Shown here piece after piece: positions 27,513 through 38,383 of a stretch of 64,000 nt of DNA (position 1 is the stretch's first letter; every line of letters starts with the position of its first letter). The notes under the pieces were generated by a model that had not been told where the DNA came from, made no database searches, and saw only the letters and a program-made list of their open reading frames with translations. The position numbers and the translations under genes were made by a program. Source of the stretch: an uncultured Gammaproteobacteria bacterium (GTDB lineage Bacteria > Pseudomonadota > Gammaproteobacteria > Steroidobacterales > JABDLF01); assembly GCA_963759075.1 (NCBI GenBank), contig CAVWXZ010000004.1, forward strand, positions 5,677-69,676. The letters run 5' to 3'.

Positions 27513-30500
27513 GCTGGGATTCTCGGGCGCTATTGCCAGCCGTTTCCAGGAAAACGCGCTGACCCCGCTGCTGGCTGTTACTGCCTTGCTGCTCGGCATC
27601 TTCGCGGTGCTCGTCACGCCGCGTGAAGAAGAACCGCAGATAGACGTCACCTTCGCCAACGTGTTTGTACCGTTTCCGGGTGCCAGCTCGCTGGAAGTCG
27701 AAAACCTTGTTGCCATCCCCATGGAACAGGTCCTGGCAGAGATTGAGGGCGTCGAGCACGTCTACTCAGTTTCACGTCCCGGCATCGGCGTGCTTACGCT
27801 GCAGTTCGAGGTCGGCGAACCCCGCACTGAGGCGCTGGTCCGCCTGTACAACGCCATCTATTCGAACCAGGACTGGCGCCCGGCCAACGCAGGAATACTG
27901 CCCCCCCTGGTCAAGCCCAAGGGAATAGATGACGTACCTATAGTGAGCGCAACGCTGTGGACCGAAGACCCCTCGAAGGCGACTCATGAACTGCTGAAGG
28001 TCGCACATGCGCTGGAAGCGGAGTTCAAGCGCGTACCGGGAACGCGCGATGTCTACACCATAGGCGGTGCGCAGGACATCGTGCACGTGGAGCTCGATCC
28101 ACAGAGAGTCGCCGGGTTTGGGCTGACTCTGGATGATCTGCGTTTTGCGCTGACGGCGAGCAACGTGGTTCGCCATGCGGGCGAGCTGCTTTCGAGCGAT
28201 CTGAGCCTGCCCGTGCAGGCCGGCAGTTTTCTCAGCAGCCGTGACGAGGTCGCGCAGCTTGTAGTGGGCCTGATCGATGGCCGGCCGGTCTATCTCGAGG
28301 ACATCGCAACAGTGAGCGACGGCCCCGATCAGCCGGAGCAATACAGCTGGTTTGCGACAGGGCCCGCGGCCGAGGAAGCGGGTCTGCAGCGGGTGGCCCA
28401 GGCACCGGCGGTGACCCTGGCGATCGCCAAGAAACCGGGCACCAATGCCACGGAAATTGCTGATGCTCTGATTGCGCGGCTGGCGCAGATGCAGGCGACG
28501 CTGATACCCGAGGGAATCAATGTCACCATCACGCGCAATTATGGCAAGACGGCGAACGACAAGGCCGTAAAGCTTATCCAGAAACTCAGCTTTGCGACGC
28601 TGTCCGTGGTGATTCTCGTTCTGCTTGCGCTGGGCTGGCGCGAGGCGATCATCGTCGGTGTGGCCGTTGTCGTTACCCTGACGGCCACTTTGTTCGCGTC
28701 ATGGGCCTGGGGTTTTACCATCAATCGGGTGTCGTTGTTTGCGCTGATTTTCGCGATCGGCATTCTGGTGGATGACGCCATTGTGGTGGTCGAGAATATC
28801 CATCGGCACCGTGGCTTCAAAGCCGAGCCGCTCGCGAGGATTATCCCGACTGCTGTAGACGAAGTGGGTGGGCCCACAATCCTCGCGACCTTTACCGTAC
28901 TTGCGGCCCTGCTTCCTATGGCATTTGTGACGGGGCTTATGGGCCCCTATATGAGCCCGATCCCCATCAACGCCAGCGCCGGCATGCTGATCTCACTGGC
29001 CGTCGCGCTGATCCTCACACCGTGGCTGAGCAACAAGTTACTGGCCGGCGCGCCCGTGCATCAGGGTGATGGCGGCCAGAATTCCTGGCTCAATGCCTTG
29101 TTCCGGCGCACCATGCGGCCCTTCCTCGGCGGGCGGGCCGGACGCCGTTCCCGAATGTTCCTGTATGGCGGCCTGAGTGTGGTGATCCTGCTGGCAGTGA
29201 GCTTCGTTCCCCTGCAGCTTGTGGTCCTTAAAATGCTGCCGTTTGATAACAAATCAGAATTTCAGGTCATTCTCGATATGCCCGAAGGCACAACGGTAGA
29301 AGGCACGGCGAAAGCGCTTGACGCGCTGGCCAGTTATATCGAGACCATCCCCGAGGTGACTGACTACCAGGTGTACTCAGGTCTTGCCGCGCCCATCAAC
29401 TTCAATGGCCTCGTGCGGCAATACTATCTTCGGTCCGGCCACAACGTGGGCGACATCCAGGTTAACCTGACCGATAAGAAGCACCGCAAGCGTTCCAGCC
29501 ACGCAATCGCGAAAGCGGCGCGCGGCGCGCTGGCTGCGATTGCGAGCGAGCACGGCGGCGCGATAAAAATTGCGGAAGTGCCTCCCGGTCCGCCGGTCAT
29601 GGCGCCCATCGTCGCCGAGGTCTACGGCCCCGAGTACGAGTCGCAGAAACGCCTCGGCCGGGCACTCCAGTCGCTGTTCGCGGCGACCGAGGACATCGTG
29701 GACGTGGACAGCACCGTGGAAGCGGATGCGATTCGTCTCGTGGTCGATGTTGACCAGCAGCGTGCCGCCCTGTTGGGCGTATCGAAGCAGCGGGTCGCCA
29801 CGGCAATCCAGATGGCGTTGGGGGGCGAGGACGTCACCTACGTCCACCGTGGCCATGAGAAATACCCGATTCCGGTTCGCATGGAAGTATCGGTAGCCGC
29901 CAAGGCGGACCTCGAGAGCCTGCTCGCGCTGGAGGTCCGCAGTATCGACGGTCTGCGTGTGCCTATTTCAGAAATCGCCACCGTCCGTGAAGTCGGCTGG
30001 GACGATGCGATCTACCACAAGGACCTGCTCCCTGTTGTGTTCGTGACCGCGGACATGTCGGGGCGACTGGACAGTCCTCTGTACGGAATGTTCAGTTTGT
30101 CGGAACAAATAAGCGCCGAAGGCGTTGACGGGAACGAGGTAGAGCAGCGCTTTATCACTCAGCCTCCGGATCCTTATAATTTTTCCATGAAATGGGACGG
30201 GGAATGGCAGATTACCTACGAGACCTTCCGTGATATGGGTCTGGCCTATGCCGTGGGCCTGATACTGATCTATCTGCTGGTCGTTGCCCAGTTTCACTCC
30301 TATCTGCTGCCGTTGATTATTATGGCGCCCATCCCGCTGACTTTGATCGGCGTCATGCCGGGGCATGCGCTGCTGGGTGCGCAGTTTACTGCCACTTCTA
30401 TGATCGGATTGATCGCGCTTGCCGGCATTATCGTGCGCAACTCGATACTGCTCGTTGATTTCATCGCGCAGCTCCGGCGGGAGGGCAAGTCGCTGGATGA

Positions 30501-30711
30501 GGCAGTCGTACTCGCTGCTACAGTGCGCGCGAAGCCGATTGTCCTGACGGGGCTGGCGGCGATGATGGGTGCGTTTTTTATTCTTGACGACCCGATATTC
30601 AACGGACTCGCGATTGCCCTGATCTTCGGCATCCTGATTTCGACGATGCTGACACTGGTGGTGATCCCCCTGCTCTATTACAGCTGGCAGGCAGGCCGCG
30701 CGGCTACCTGA
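27502..30711 (+). CDS. RND efflux permease (AcrB/CzcA superfamily)
   Basis: 1069 aa; PREEEPQI, IGILVDDAIVVVENI, GIIVRNSILLVDF. Confidence 0.95.
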   Translation: MANKLGFSGAIASRFQENALTPLLAVTALLLGIFAVLVTPREEEPQIDVTFANVFVPFPGASSLEVENLVAIPMEQVLAEIEGVEHVYSVSRPGIGVLTLQFEVGEPRTEALVRLYNAIYSNQDWRPANAGILPPLVKPKGIDDVPIVSATLWTEDPSKATHELLKVAHALEAEFKRVPGTRDVYTIGGAQDIVHVELDPQRVAGFGLTLDDLRFALTASNVVRHAGELLSSDLSLPVQAGSFLSSRDEVAQLVVGLIDGRPVYLEDIATVSDGPDQPEQYSWFATGPAAEEAGLQRVAQAPAVTLAIAKKPGTNATEIADALIARLAQMQATLIPEGINVTITRNYGKTANDKAVKLIQKLSFATLSVVILVLLALGWREAIIVGVAVVVTLTATLFASWAWGFTINRVSLFALIFAIGILVDDAIVVVENIHRHRGFKAEPLARIIPTAVDEVGGPTILATFTVLAALLPMAFVTGLMGPYMSPIPINASAGMLISLAVALILTPWLSNKLLAGAPVHQGDGGQNSWLNALFRRTMRPFLGGRAGRRSRMFLYGGLSVVILLAVSFVPLQLVVLKMLPFDNKSEFQVILDMPEGTTVEGTAKALDALASYIETIPEVTDYQVYSGLAAPINFNGLVRQYYLRSGHNVGDIQVNLTDKKHRKRSSHAIAKAARGALAAIASEHGGAIKIAEVPPGPPVMAPIVAEVYGPEYESQKRLGRALQSLFAATEDIVDVDSTVEADAIRLVVDVDQQRAALLGVSKQRVATAIQMALGGEDVTYVHRGHEKYPIPVRMEVSVAAKADLESLLALEVRSIDGLRVPISEIATVREVGWDDAIYHKDLLPVVFVTADMSGRLDSPLYGMFSLSEQISAEGVDGNEVEQRFITQPPDPYNFSMKWDGEWQITYETFRDMGLAYAVGLILIYLLVVAQFHSYLLPLIIMAPIPLTLIGVMPGHALLGAQFTATSMIGLIALAGIIVRNSILLVDFIAQLRREGKSLDEAVVLAATVRAKPIVLTGLAAMMGAFFILDDPIFNGLAIALIFGILISTMLTLVVIPLLYYSWQAGRAAT

Positions 30712-31852
30712 AACGCAGGTTGTGGCGGCCGAGATCCTTAACGGATCGGCAGCCCATCAGCTTCATGTCGCGTTCGATTTCGCTGCGCAGATTGTCGAGT
30801 GCCCTGGCCACGCCCGCCTCCCCGGCGGCGGCCAGCGCATACAGGTACAGTCGTCCGCCCGAACAGGCCTTTGCGCCCAGCGACAAGGCCTTCAGCACAT
30901 GTGTGCCGCGCCGGATGCCACCGTCACAGATCACCTCGATCTTGTCGCCAACGGCGTCTACAATTTCGGCGAGCTGATCGAACGGTGCGCGTGAGCCGTC
31001 CAGCTGTCGACCGCCATGATTGGACACCATGATGGCCGTCGCGCCGATGTCTACTGCGCGCCTGGCGTCCGCAACGGACATGATGCCCTTCAATGCAAAT
31101 GGCTTGTCCCAGTAAGCGCGGATTTCTTCGGCCGCCTTCCAGTCCATCGTCTGGTCCAGCATATTGGTAAAATAGTCGGACACCGACACGGCAACATTCG
31201 TGCCGGTCTCGGCGTGGTCCTTGATCTGGGACAGCTCGAAGTTTTCATGGCGCCAGTAGTTATATGCCCAGGCAGGATGCGCGGCAAAACTCAGCAGGCT
31301 ATTGAGCGTCAGCCGTGGGGGTGACGTAAAGCCGGTCCACAGATCCCGTTCCCGGTTACCGCCCACAATGGTGTCCACAGTCAGTGCCAGGGCGTCGAAA
31401 TTGGCGTCCCGGCACCTGTCGATCAGGCTGCGCGTCAGGCCTTTGTCCTTGTGCACGTAAAGCTGAAAAAGTTTGGGCGTGGGCACCAGCGCGCCGATCT
31501 CTTCAATGCTGACGGTGCCCAGCGATGAGATGCCGAACAGCGTGCCAAACTGAGCGGCCGCCCGGGCCACCGCGCGCTCGCCATCATGATGAAAAAGCCT
31601 CTGCAATGCGGTCGGCGACAGGAACAGCGGCATGGCGAGCTTCTGACCGAGGACGGTGGTGGACATATCGATGTGCTCCACGCCTGCCAGCACATTGGGG
31701 ACCAGATCACAGTCCTCGTAGGCCTCGGTATTCCGCCTGTAGGTCACTTCATCTTCAGCCGCCCCGTCGATGTAGTGAAATATCGGACCGGGCAGCCGGC
31801 GCCTGGCGAGGGCACGAAACTGGTGGGTGTTGTAACAGTCTTTCAGCCGCAT
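30704..31852 (-). CDS. lldD: FMN-dependent alpha-hydroxy acid dehydrogenase (L-lactate dehydrogenase-like)
   Basis: YIDGAA, LTVDT..GNRERD, SNHGGRQLD, DGGIRRG; substrate not certain. Confidence 0.85.
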   Translation of the reverse strand: MRLKDCYNTHQFRALARRRLPGPIFHYIDGAAEDEVTYRRNTEAYEDCDLVPNVLAGVEHIDMSTTVLGQKLAMPLFLSPTALQRLFHHDGERAVARAAAQFGTLFGISSLGTVSIEEIGALVPTPKLFQLYVHKDKGLTRSLIDRCRDANFDALALTVDTIVGGNRERDLWTGFTSPPRLTLNSLLSFAAHPAWAYNYWRHENFELSQIKDHAETGTNVAVSVSDYFTNMLDQTMDWKAAEEIRAYWDKPFALKGIMSVADARRAVDIGATAIMVSNHGGRQLDGSRAPFDQLAEIVDAVGDKIEVICDGGIRRGTHVLKALSLGAKACSGGRLYLYALAAAGEAGVARALDNLRSEIERDMKLMGCRSVKDLGRHNLRFR

Positions 31853-31872
31853 CGGCGTGGGCTCACAAGCTG

Positions 31873-33657
31873 CTATTGGTCAGCATGCACCGGGCTCTCT
31901 TCGGCCCGCAGCTCGGATACGGCCGGAGAGTTGGCCAGACAGCGCTCATCCAACGCAAAAAACTGCAAAGCGCCAAGCTCGCCAGGCAGCATGGAATTGT
32001 GCGCAGATGGGTCGCCCAAAGTCCCGGCAAGCGCTCTCGCTTCGTCGAGGTAGCCGCGATACAGCTTCGCACGCTGACTCGCAGGCTTTGCGTCTGGTCG
32101 GGCAGGCATTGCCTCGAGGGCCGCCGTGAGCGATAAGGTCCCATACTCCGAGCAGTCCTGCTTATGCATCCAGGCGCCGGTATTGACGTCGAAGTCGTAA
32201 AGCGGCAGAAAGCGATAGCCAAACTCGGCGACAAAGCAAACCGCCTCGATAACGTAGTCCGCTTCGACATCATCCATCGTGTAGTGAAAACCGACCCGGC
32301 ACCAGCCTGGCTTCAGGCCCCCATAACCCTTGCTGACGATCTCCCGATAGCGCTGCGACATCTCCTGGTCGATACCGAGTAGCCGGTGCCCGTACGGCCC
32401 GGCACATGAACAGCCTGCGCGCGACTGGATACCAAACAGATCGTTCAGCAGCGCAGTTACAAATTTCGGGTGCAGGTAGCTTCCCTGCGGGTCACTGACA
32501 TTAAACGAAACGATACCGATACGGCGCTTCGGGTCCGGGTTGCCAAGAATGACCAGGTTCGCTTCGGTGCACCAGCGCCTGAGCGCACGTTCCAGAAGCT
32601 GCTGTTCCCGTGCCGCGATCTGCTCAGTCCCCAGCGCGTTCTTGATCTCGAATGCCAGCGCTGCCTTGATGGTCTGCATTACGCCCGGCGTACCCGCCTT
32701 CTCGCGCTCCTCGATGTCCTGGATAAAGTCCTGATCATCAGGATTTACGTAATCGACAGTACCGCCAGCCGCGACAGTCGGTGGCAACAGTTCCTGGTAC
32801 AGCCGTTTGTTAAAGACAAGGATACCGCTGGAACCGGGTCCGCCGAGAAACTTGTGCGGCGAAATAAACAGCGCATCTATTGACGCGTCGCCCTCGCCAT
32901 TGTCCGCCGGGTTCATGTCGATCTCAACGTAGGGCGCGCAGGCCGCGAAATCGAAACACGCAATCGCGTCGAACTGATGCAATAATCTGGCAATGGCACT
33001 GACGGGCGAGCAGACGCCGCTTACGTTCGATGCGGCAGAGAACGAGCCGATGCGCATGCGATTCTGGTACTGCGGCGCCTGCAGCAGCTCGCGCAGATGG
33101 GCAAGATCGATGCCCCCTTCGTCTGTGAGTTCTACCTCCACGACTTCGGCCAGCCCCTGACGCCAGGAAATCTCGTTGGAGTGGTGCTCGTAGGGTCCGA
33201 CAAACACCACCGGTCGCTGTGCACAACGGTAGTCGCTAAAACCCTGCCGGGCTTTCTTATCCATGCACGCATCCAGCATCGAGTCGATGCGCTGACCGGT
33301 GGCCGGCGCAAGAGCGATGCCGAGAATCTGCTGGAGCTTGTATATCGCCCCGGATGCACCCGTGCCGGTGGCGATGATCCGGCCATCCGGACCGGCATTG
33401 ACCGCACGCTTGATGATGCATTCTGCGTCGTGCAGCAAACGGGTCATGCTGCGACCGGTGATGTCGTCTTCGGTGTGCGTGTTGGCGTACCTGCGTTCCA
33501 GGTTCAGCAGATAGCTTTCGACAAAGTGCAGGCAGCGGCCCGAAGCCGTGTAGTCGCAGTACACCATCATGCGCTCGCCAAATGGCGTTGCGAAGGCGGC
33601 ATCAGCGCCAACGGTCTGTTCGCGAAGATACTCGAAATCGGGCGTTTTGCTGTACAT
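31873..33657 (-). CDS. Class V PLP enzyme, cysteine desulfurase-like
   Basis: DYTASG, YANTH, EHHSN, SPHKFLGGPG, AGTP, RAGCSCAGPY catalytic Cys loop. Confidence 0.88.
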   Translation of the reverse strand: MYSKTPDFEYLREQTVGADAAFATPFGERMMVYCDYTASGRCLHFVESYLLNLERRYANTHTEDDITGRSMTRLLHDAECIIKRAVNAGPDGRIIATGTGASGAIYKLQQILGIALAPATGQRIDSMLDACMDKKARQGFSDYRCAQRPVVFVGPYEHHSNEISWRQGLAEVVEVELTDEGGIDLAHLRELLQAPQYQNRMRIGSFSAASNVSGVCSPVSAIARLLHQFDAIACFDFAACAPYVEIDMNPADNGEGDASIDALFISPHKFLGGPGSSGILVFNKRLYQELLPPTVAAGGTVDYVNPDDQDFIQDIEEREKAGTPGVMQTIKAALAFEIKNALGTEQIAAREQQLLERALRRWCTEANLVILGNPDPKRRIGIVSFNVSDPQGSYLHPKFVTALLNDLFGIQSRAGCSCAGPYGHRLLGIDQEMSQRYREIVSKGYGGLKPGWCRVGFHYTMDDVEADYVIEAVCFVAEFGYRFLPLYDFDVNTGAWMHKQDCSEYGTLSLTAALEAMPARPDAKPASQRAKLYRGYLDEARALAGTLGDPSAHNSMLPGELGALQFFALDERCLANSPAVSELRAEESPVHADQ

Positions 33658-33664
33658 GACTGAT

Positions 33665-34486
33665 CTATACCCCAGGACCGGCTGCGAGAACAGTAACTGG
33701 GTCGCCGATACGAACGCGCCCAGTGCGACGGGGAATCGCATTCATGCCGAAATACACCTGCCCCCCCTCCCCGCGTCGGTATGCAGCAAGGGTCCTGAGC
33801 GGTTCCTGCTGGCTGTCGCGCTCGGCCGTCCCCGAGTCGATCGTGGTGAGCACGCAGCGGCTGCAGCGCTTCACAAGCTCCAGTTCGACCGCGTCTCCGA
33901 CGCGAATGCGCTGCCAATCGTCTTCCGCGTGGGCCGGACAATCCGCGATGACGAGGTTCGGACGAAATCGCTCCATGCCCAGCGGAGTCCGGAGCCGTTT
34001 GTTCAGGGCGTCCACGGAGGCCTGGGACAAGACCAGAATCGGGTAACCATCGGCGAAACTGACTTCATCCTCCGGCTGCCCGAAGCTCGGATCAATCGAC
34101 CTGCGCGAGTTGGGACCCATGAATACGAGATGGCAGGACAAGCCCAGGTATTCTGAAAGCCAGGCGTCAGCTTGCGCAGACACCGCCGTCGCCATGAGCG
34201 CATCTTTCCAGACTGTCACCGGGACAGTCGGCTCGTCCCTGTCGAACTCGATATGGGCTGGCTCCATATCAGGTGCCGACAGCGACAGCTGCAGGGCTGC
34301 CCGGCGGAATGCGACAAGCAGCATTTTCGGATGTTTACGGGCGGTAAGAAACCGGCCCTCGTCGTCTACCAGCATGAAGCGGCGATCGCCTTGCAGGCCT
34401 CTCGGCTCAACCAGCGCTGACGCAAGCCCGATGCCGGCCATGGATTTGGCCGGATAGCAGGTAATGTGGCTGAGCGTTCCGTTCAC
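33665..34486 (-). CDS. MOSC_N + MOSC domain protein (YcbX/mARC-like)
   Basis: YPAKS, DRRFML, FADGYP, RFRPNLV, CSRCVLTT, FGMN. Confidence 0.92.
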   Translation of the reverse strand: MNGTLSHITCYPAKSMAGIGLASALVEPRGLQGDRRFMLVDDEGRFLTARKHPKMLLVAFRRAALQLSLSAPDMEPAHIEFDRDEPTVPVTVWKDALMATAVSAQADAWLSEYLGLSCHLVFMGPNSRRSIDPSFGQPEDEVSFADGYPILVLSQASVDALNKRLRTPLGMERFRPNLVIADCPAHAEDDWQRIRVGDAVELELVKRCSRCVLTTIDSGTAERDSQQEPLRTLAAYRRGEGGQVYFGMNAIPRRTGRVRIGDPVTVLAAGPGV

Positions 34487-35268
34487 CGCCCTTTGAATTC
34501 CGGAACCCGCTTTTCGAAAAATGCCTCGACTGCATGCTGGCGATCGTCACTCTCGAAGCAAACGTTTTGTGCTTTCGCTTCCCGCTCAATACAGTCCGCC
34601 AGCCCGTCGCCCATTGCTGCGCGCAGAACGCGTTTGGAGAACTTCTGCGCGAGCGGCGCGCCCCGGGCGAGGGACTCGGCCCATTCCACCGCTGCCGAAT
34701 TCAGTGCGCTGGCGGGCACAACCTTGTTTGCCAGACCATAGGCCAGGCACTTTTCAGCAGAGAGTTTTTCCGACTCAATGATGGCCTGCAACGCACGCTT
34801 GTAACCGATCGCATTCAACAACTGCCAGGTGATCCCGCCGTCGGGGATCAGGCTGATCGCAGCGAACGCAAGATAGATGTAGGCATCATCGGCCATGATG
34901 GTGAGGTCGCAGACCATTGCCAGCGCGCCACCAATGCCAGCGCAAGGGCCATTGACGGCGGAAATATACAGCTTGTCGGAGTCGTGAATCGCCATCAGGA
35001 ATGGCTTGTACTCGGACATCAACATTTCTTCTACCGAGTCACACTGCTCCAGGCCGGCTTTCAGATCAGCGCCCGCGCTGAAGCCCCGGCCCGCGCCGGT
35101 TATGACGACAACACGCACCGCAGGATCTGTCTCTGCCTGCGTGACCGCCGCCAGCACGTCCCTGCGCAGCTGCGCGTTGAATGCGTTCAGCGCCCTGGGA
35201 CGATTCAGGGTGATGATCGCAACCCCGTTGTCTGCGCTGTAGTCAACGGTTTCCAGATTGCTGCTCAT
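34483..35268 (-). CDS. Enoyl-CoA hydratase/isomerase (PaaG-like)
   Basis: LNRP..LNA, FSAGADL, AVNGPCAG, PDGG, F.EKR.P.FKGR. Confidence 0.9.
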   Translation of the reverse strand: MSSNLETVDYSADNGVAIITLNRPRALNAFNAQLRRDVLAAVTQAETDPAVRVVVITGAGRGFSAGADLKAGLEQCDSVEEMLMSEYKPFLMAIHDSDKLYISAVNGPCAGIGGALAMVCDLTIMADDAYIYLAFAAISLIPDGGITWQLLNAIGYKRALQAIIESEKLSAEKCLAYGLANKVVPASALNSAAVEWAESLARGAPLAQKFSKRVLRAAMGDGLADCIEREAKAQNVCFESDDRQHAVEAFFEKRVPEFKGR

Positions 35269-35541
35269 ACTATGTCCTTGGTGGTCTGTGAACGGGTCGC
35301 TGCGCGCGCCGCCAGTTGCCGAGAAAAGCTCCGCATCAGGCTCCGGTGATTCTAGTCCAGCAGCGCCACTTAATCATCTGGCAGTCTCTTTCGGCATTCA
35401 GTGCTTTTCCTGTACGGATCGCGGTGCTTGCCAGGCTTTCGGGTCATGCGGCCAGATGCGTTTGCGCTCACAGCGTGGCTGGCCTTATGCTCGGGCGCCG
35501 ACTCGGAGCATGGCCGATACACTTTTCGGAGAACACGATTT

Positions 35542-36387
35542 ATGACCAGCTATACGACCCTCAGCGTGCAAATTAATGACGGGATTGCGCAGCTCGAGCT
35601 GTCACGTCCCGACGAATTTAACAGCATGACGGAGGCCTTCTGGGAGGAGTTTCCGGCAGCATTGCGAGAGATTGACAGCGACGGACAGACTCGCGTCGTT
35701 GTGCTCTCCTCCACCGGCAAGCACTTTTGCTCGGGCATGGACCTGGGGGTTTTCGCGTCGATCGCGGGTCAGAAGAACGTGGAATACGCGCGTCGGCGCG
35801 CCAATCTGCGGGAGCGCATTCTCCAGTTTCAGGCGGCCTTTTCCGCCATCGAGAAAATCCGGCCCCCGGTCATAGCTGCGATCCAGGGTGGTTGTATCGG
35901 TGGCGGCGTGGCGCTGGCGAGCGCCTGCGACATGCGCTATTGCAGCAGCGACGCATTCTTCTCTATAGAGGAAACCAATATCGGTATCACTTGCGACATC
36001 GGCACGCTGCAGCGATTGCGCCATGTGCTTTCGCAGAGCCACCTGCGCGAATGGGTGTACACGGGCGCCCGCCTGCCTGCGGAAAAGGCGGCGGCCTGGG
36101 GGCTCGTCGGTGAGGTGTTCACTGACCACTCCACGCTGCTTGAGGGCGTTATGGCACTTGCGAGAACCATCGCCGAAAAATCTCCCCTGGTGATTCATGG
36201 CTGCAAACTCGGTATGAACTACGATCGGGATCATTCGATTTCCGAAGGGCTCGAAAATATTGCGCTGTGGAATGCGGCGGTATTGCATGAATCTGAAATT
36301 GAGCTTGCGATGCAGGCAAGGGCCAGGAAGCAGGCCGGAGAATTCCAGCCGTTGATGCCGAGGGTTGAGATCAAAACAGGCGTTTGA
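35542..36387 (+). CDS. Crotonase-family enzyme (dienoyl-CoA isomerase-like)
   Basis: GKHFCSGMDL, GGCIGGG, CDMRY, DIGTLQRL, KSPL. Confidence 0.88.
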   Translation: MTSYTTLSVQINDGIAQLELSRPDEFNSMTEAFWEEFPAALREIDSDGQTRVVVLSSTGKHFCSGMDLGVFASIAGQKNVEYARRRANLRERILQFQAAFSAIEKIRPPVIAAIQGGCIGGGVALASACDMRYCSSDAFFSIEETNIGITCDIGTLQRLRHVLSQSHLREWVYTGARLPAEKAAAWGLVGEVFTDHSTLLEGVMALARTIAEKSPLVIHGCKLGMNYDRDHSISEGLENIALWNAAVLHESEIELAMQARARKQAGEFQPLMPRVEIKTGV

Positions 36388-36555
36388 ACTGTCGTCGGCC
36401 CGGCCCCGCGCGGCTTGTCGGCCGCGGCCGTTTCGCCAGGGACAAACGCGGATTCTTTCCGCACATTCTCCGCCTGACAATGTAAAATACAGCTCGTTTT
36501 TCAGCCAGTAGCCCGCGCTGCTGGTAACTCGTCAGCGCCCGGCACAGGAGCACGC

Positions 36556-38312
36556 ATGTCGCAGAAGATCAAAGTGGCGAAACCCCTGGTGGTTTTGCAT
36601 GGCGATGAAATGGCGCAGATCGCGTTCGAACAGATCCTCGACAGATTCGTCACAAAGCGGCTCGATATCGAGCTGGTGGAGATCGACCTCACCGCCGAGA
36701 ATCGCCTGCTCACCAATGGCCAGGCGGTGCGCGATGCCATCGAGGCACTTCAGAAATACGGCGTGGGCATCAAGAATGCCGGCATGACCGTGAACCGTGC
36801 GCAGCTGGACGAGCTGCTGGCCAAGCACCCGGATAGTCGAGGAAGCGAAGCTGGACAGACTCGCCACCAAGTCACCCAACGGCGCGATCCGCAAGGGCAT
36901 CCACGGCAACATCACCCGTGAGGATATCCTGTTTCGCAACCTGGAGGTCAAGCGGCCCGGCTGGATCGGCCGTGACATCGAAGTGTTCACGATGGAAAGC
37001 GGCGGCATCAAGGACAGCCACAACGAGCTGTCCAAGGCGACCGGCGTTGCCAAGCTGATGTTCGTCGGTCAGCGACGGCGACCCGGTGGAATTGCACCGC
37101 CGCTTCATCAACAAGGGCGATCCGTGGCTGCTTGGCCACCAATGACATCGACGAGGTCAAGGCCTGGGCGCACGCTTTTTCCAGCGCGCCATCGACGGAA
37201 AAGCGCGACGCCTACCTCGGCCTGAAGGACACGGTGATTCCCGGCTACGACGGCGTGATGCGCAAGGCCATCGAGGATATCTACGAGAAGGACTACAAGA
37301 CGAAGCTCGCAGAGCTGGGCCTGAAGTATCACTACGAACTGATCGACGCCCAGGCGGCACGCATCGTCGCCAATCCGCCGGAGCGCGCCCTGTGGGGCGT
37401 GCCGGACAACACCACCGGCCGCAAGCTGTACAAGCTGGTCAACGAGCTCAAGAAATACGGCATCCCCAGCCGCGAAGCCCACGTGTCGATGTCGCGCATG
37501 AGCGCCGGCGGCGGCGACCAGTACGGCAGCTTTCAACCTGCCGGCGACGGAAGACGGCATCCTCAAGGTCATCGTCGACGGCGACGAGAAACACGCGCGG
37601 CACGTCAAAGCCGGCGATCCCATGCTGTTCATGTCCAACGACCGCGCAGGCGATCAAGGACTGGGTCAGCCAGGTGTTTCGCGACGCCTCGCACAAGGAC
37701 AAGGAAGTGTACTTCGGCCTGAAGCGCGAATACATGGAGTACGACGATGTGTTCAGCACGGTGATTACCGAGGTGCGCCAGGAACTGGCGCAGCACGGAC
37801 ACGCCGCCGCCCTCGTTCATGATCATGCGGCCTTCCAGCCAGCTCAAGAAAGATGATCACCGACCCGCCGCAGCAACGCGCTGTATCCGGCGCAGAATCT
37901 CGACGGCGACATCTTTTCCGATATCTCCGCGGCGCTTGGCGGCAGCCTGGCGACGGCCAGCTCCATCATCGAAAGCAAAGACGGCACCATGCTGTACGAG
38001 GCGCCCCACGGCACGGCCCACGATCTGTATCTGAAGTACCTGGAGAGCGACGGCAAGGAGGCGCTATTCAATTCCTCGGCGCTGCTCTATGCGCTGGCCA
38101 ACGCGCTCGGAACGCTGGGCGAGCGCGAGGACAACCAGGCGCTGGTCGCATATTCGAAGAGCCTGAAGACAGCGCTGATCGACACGGTGGGCCAGGGCAT
38201 CATCACCGGCGACCTGAAAGGCAAGACCAATAAGCCCGCAGAGGAAACAGTCGTCGACATGCTGGGCTTTCTCGATGCGGTCGAGGCCAACCTTGAAAGT
38301 GGCCAGTCATGA
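36556..38312 (+). CDS. icd: Long (~580 aa) type II isocitrate dehydrogenase, probably NAD-dependent; many frameshifts
   Basis: LHGDEMA, KSPNGAIR, LKDTV..YDG, NLDGDIFSD, EAPHGTAHDLY recoverable across frames. Confidence 0.85.
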
Positions 38313-38383
38313 CTTGCCGCGGGCAGGCTTTACCCGCTCTGCGCGCAGCTTTCCATAAATTGATTTAATAACAGAGGAACAAA

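Noticed and set aside
36556-38312. icd as a genuine pseudogene or recoded gene
   Set aside because: Codon usage and catalytic motifs are intact and the breaks are scattered single-base indels, best explained by sequencing error pending read evidence.
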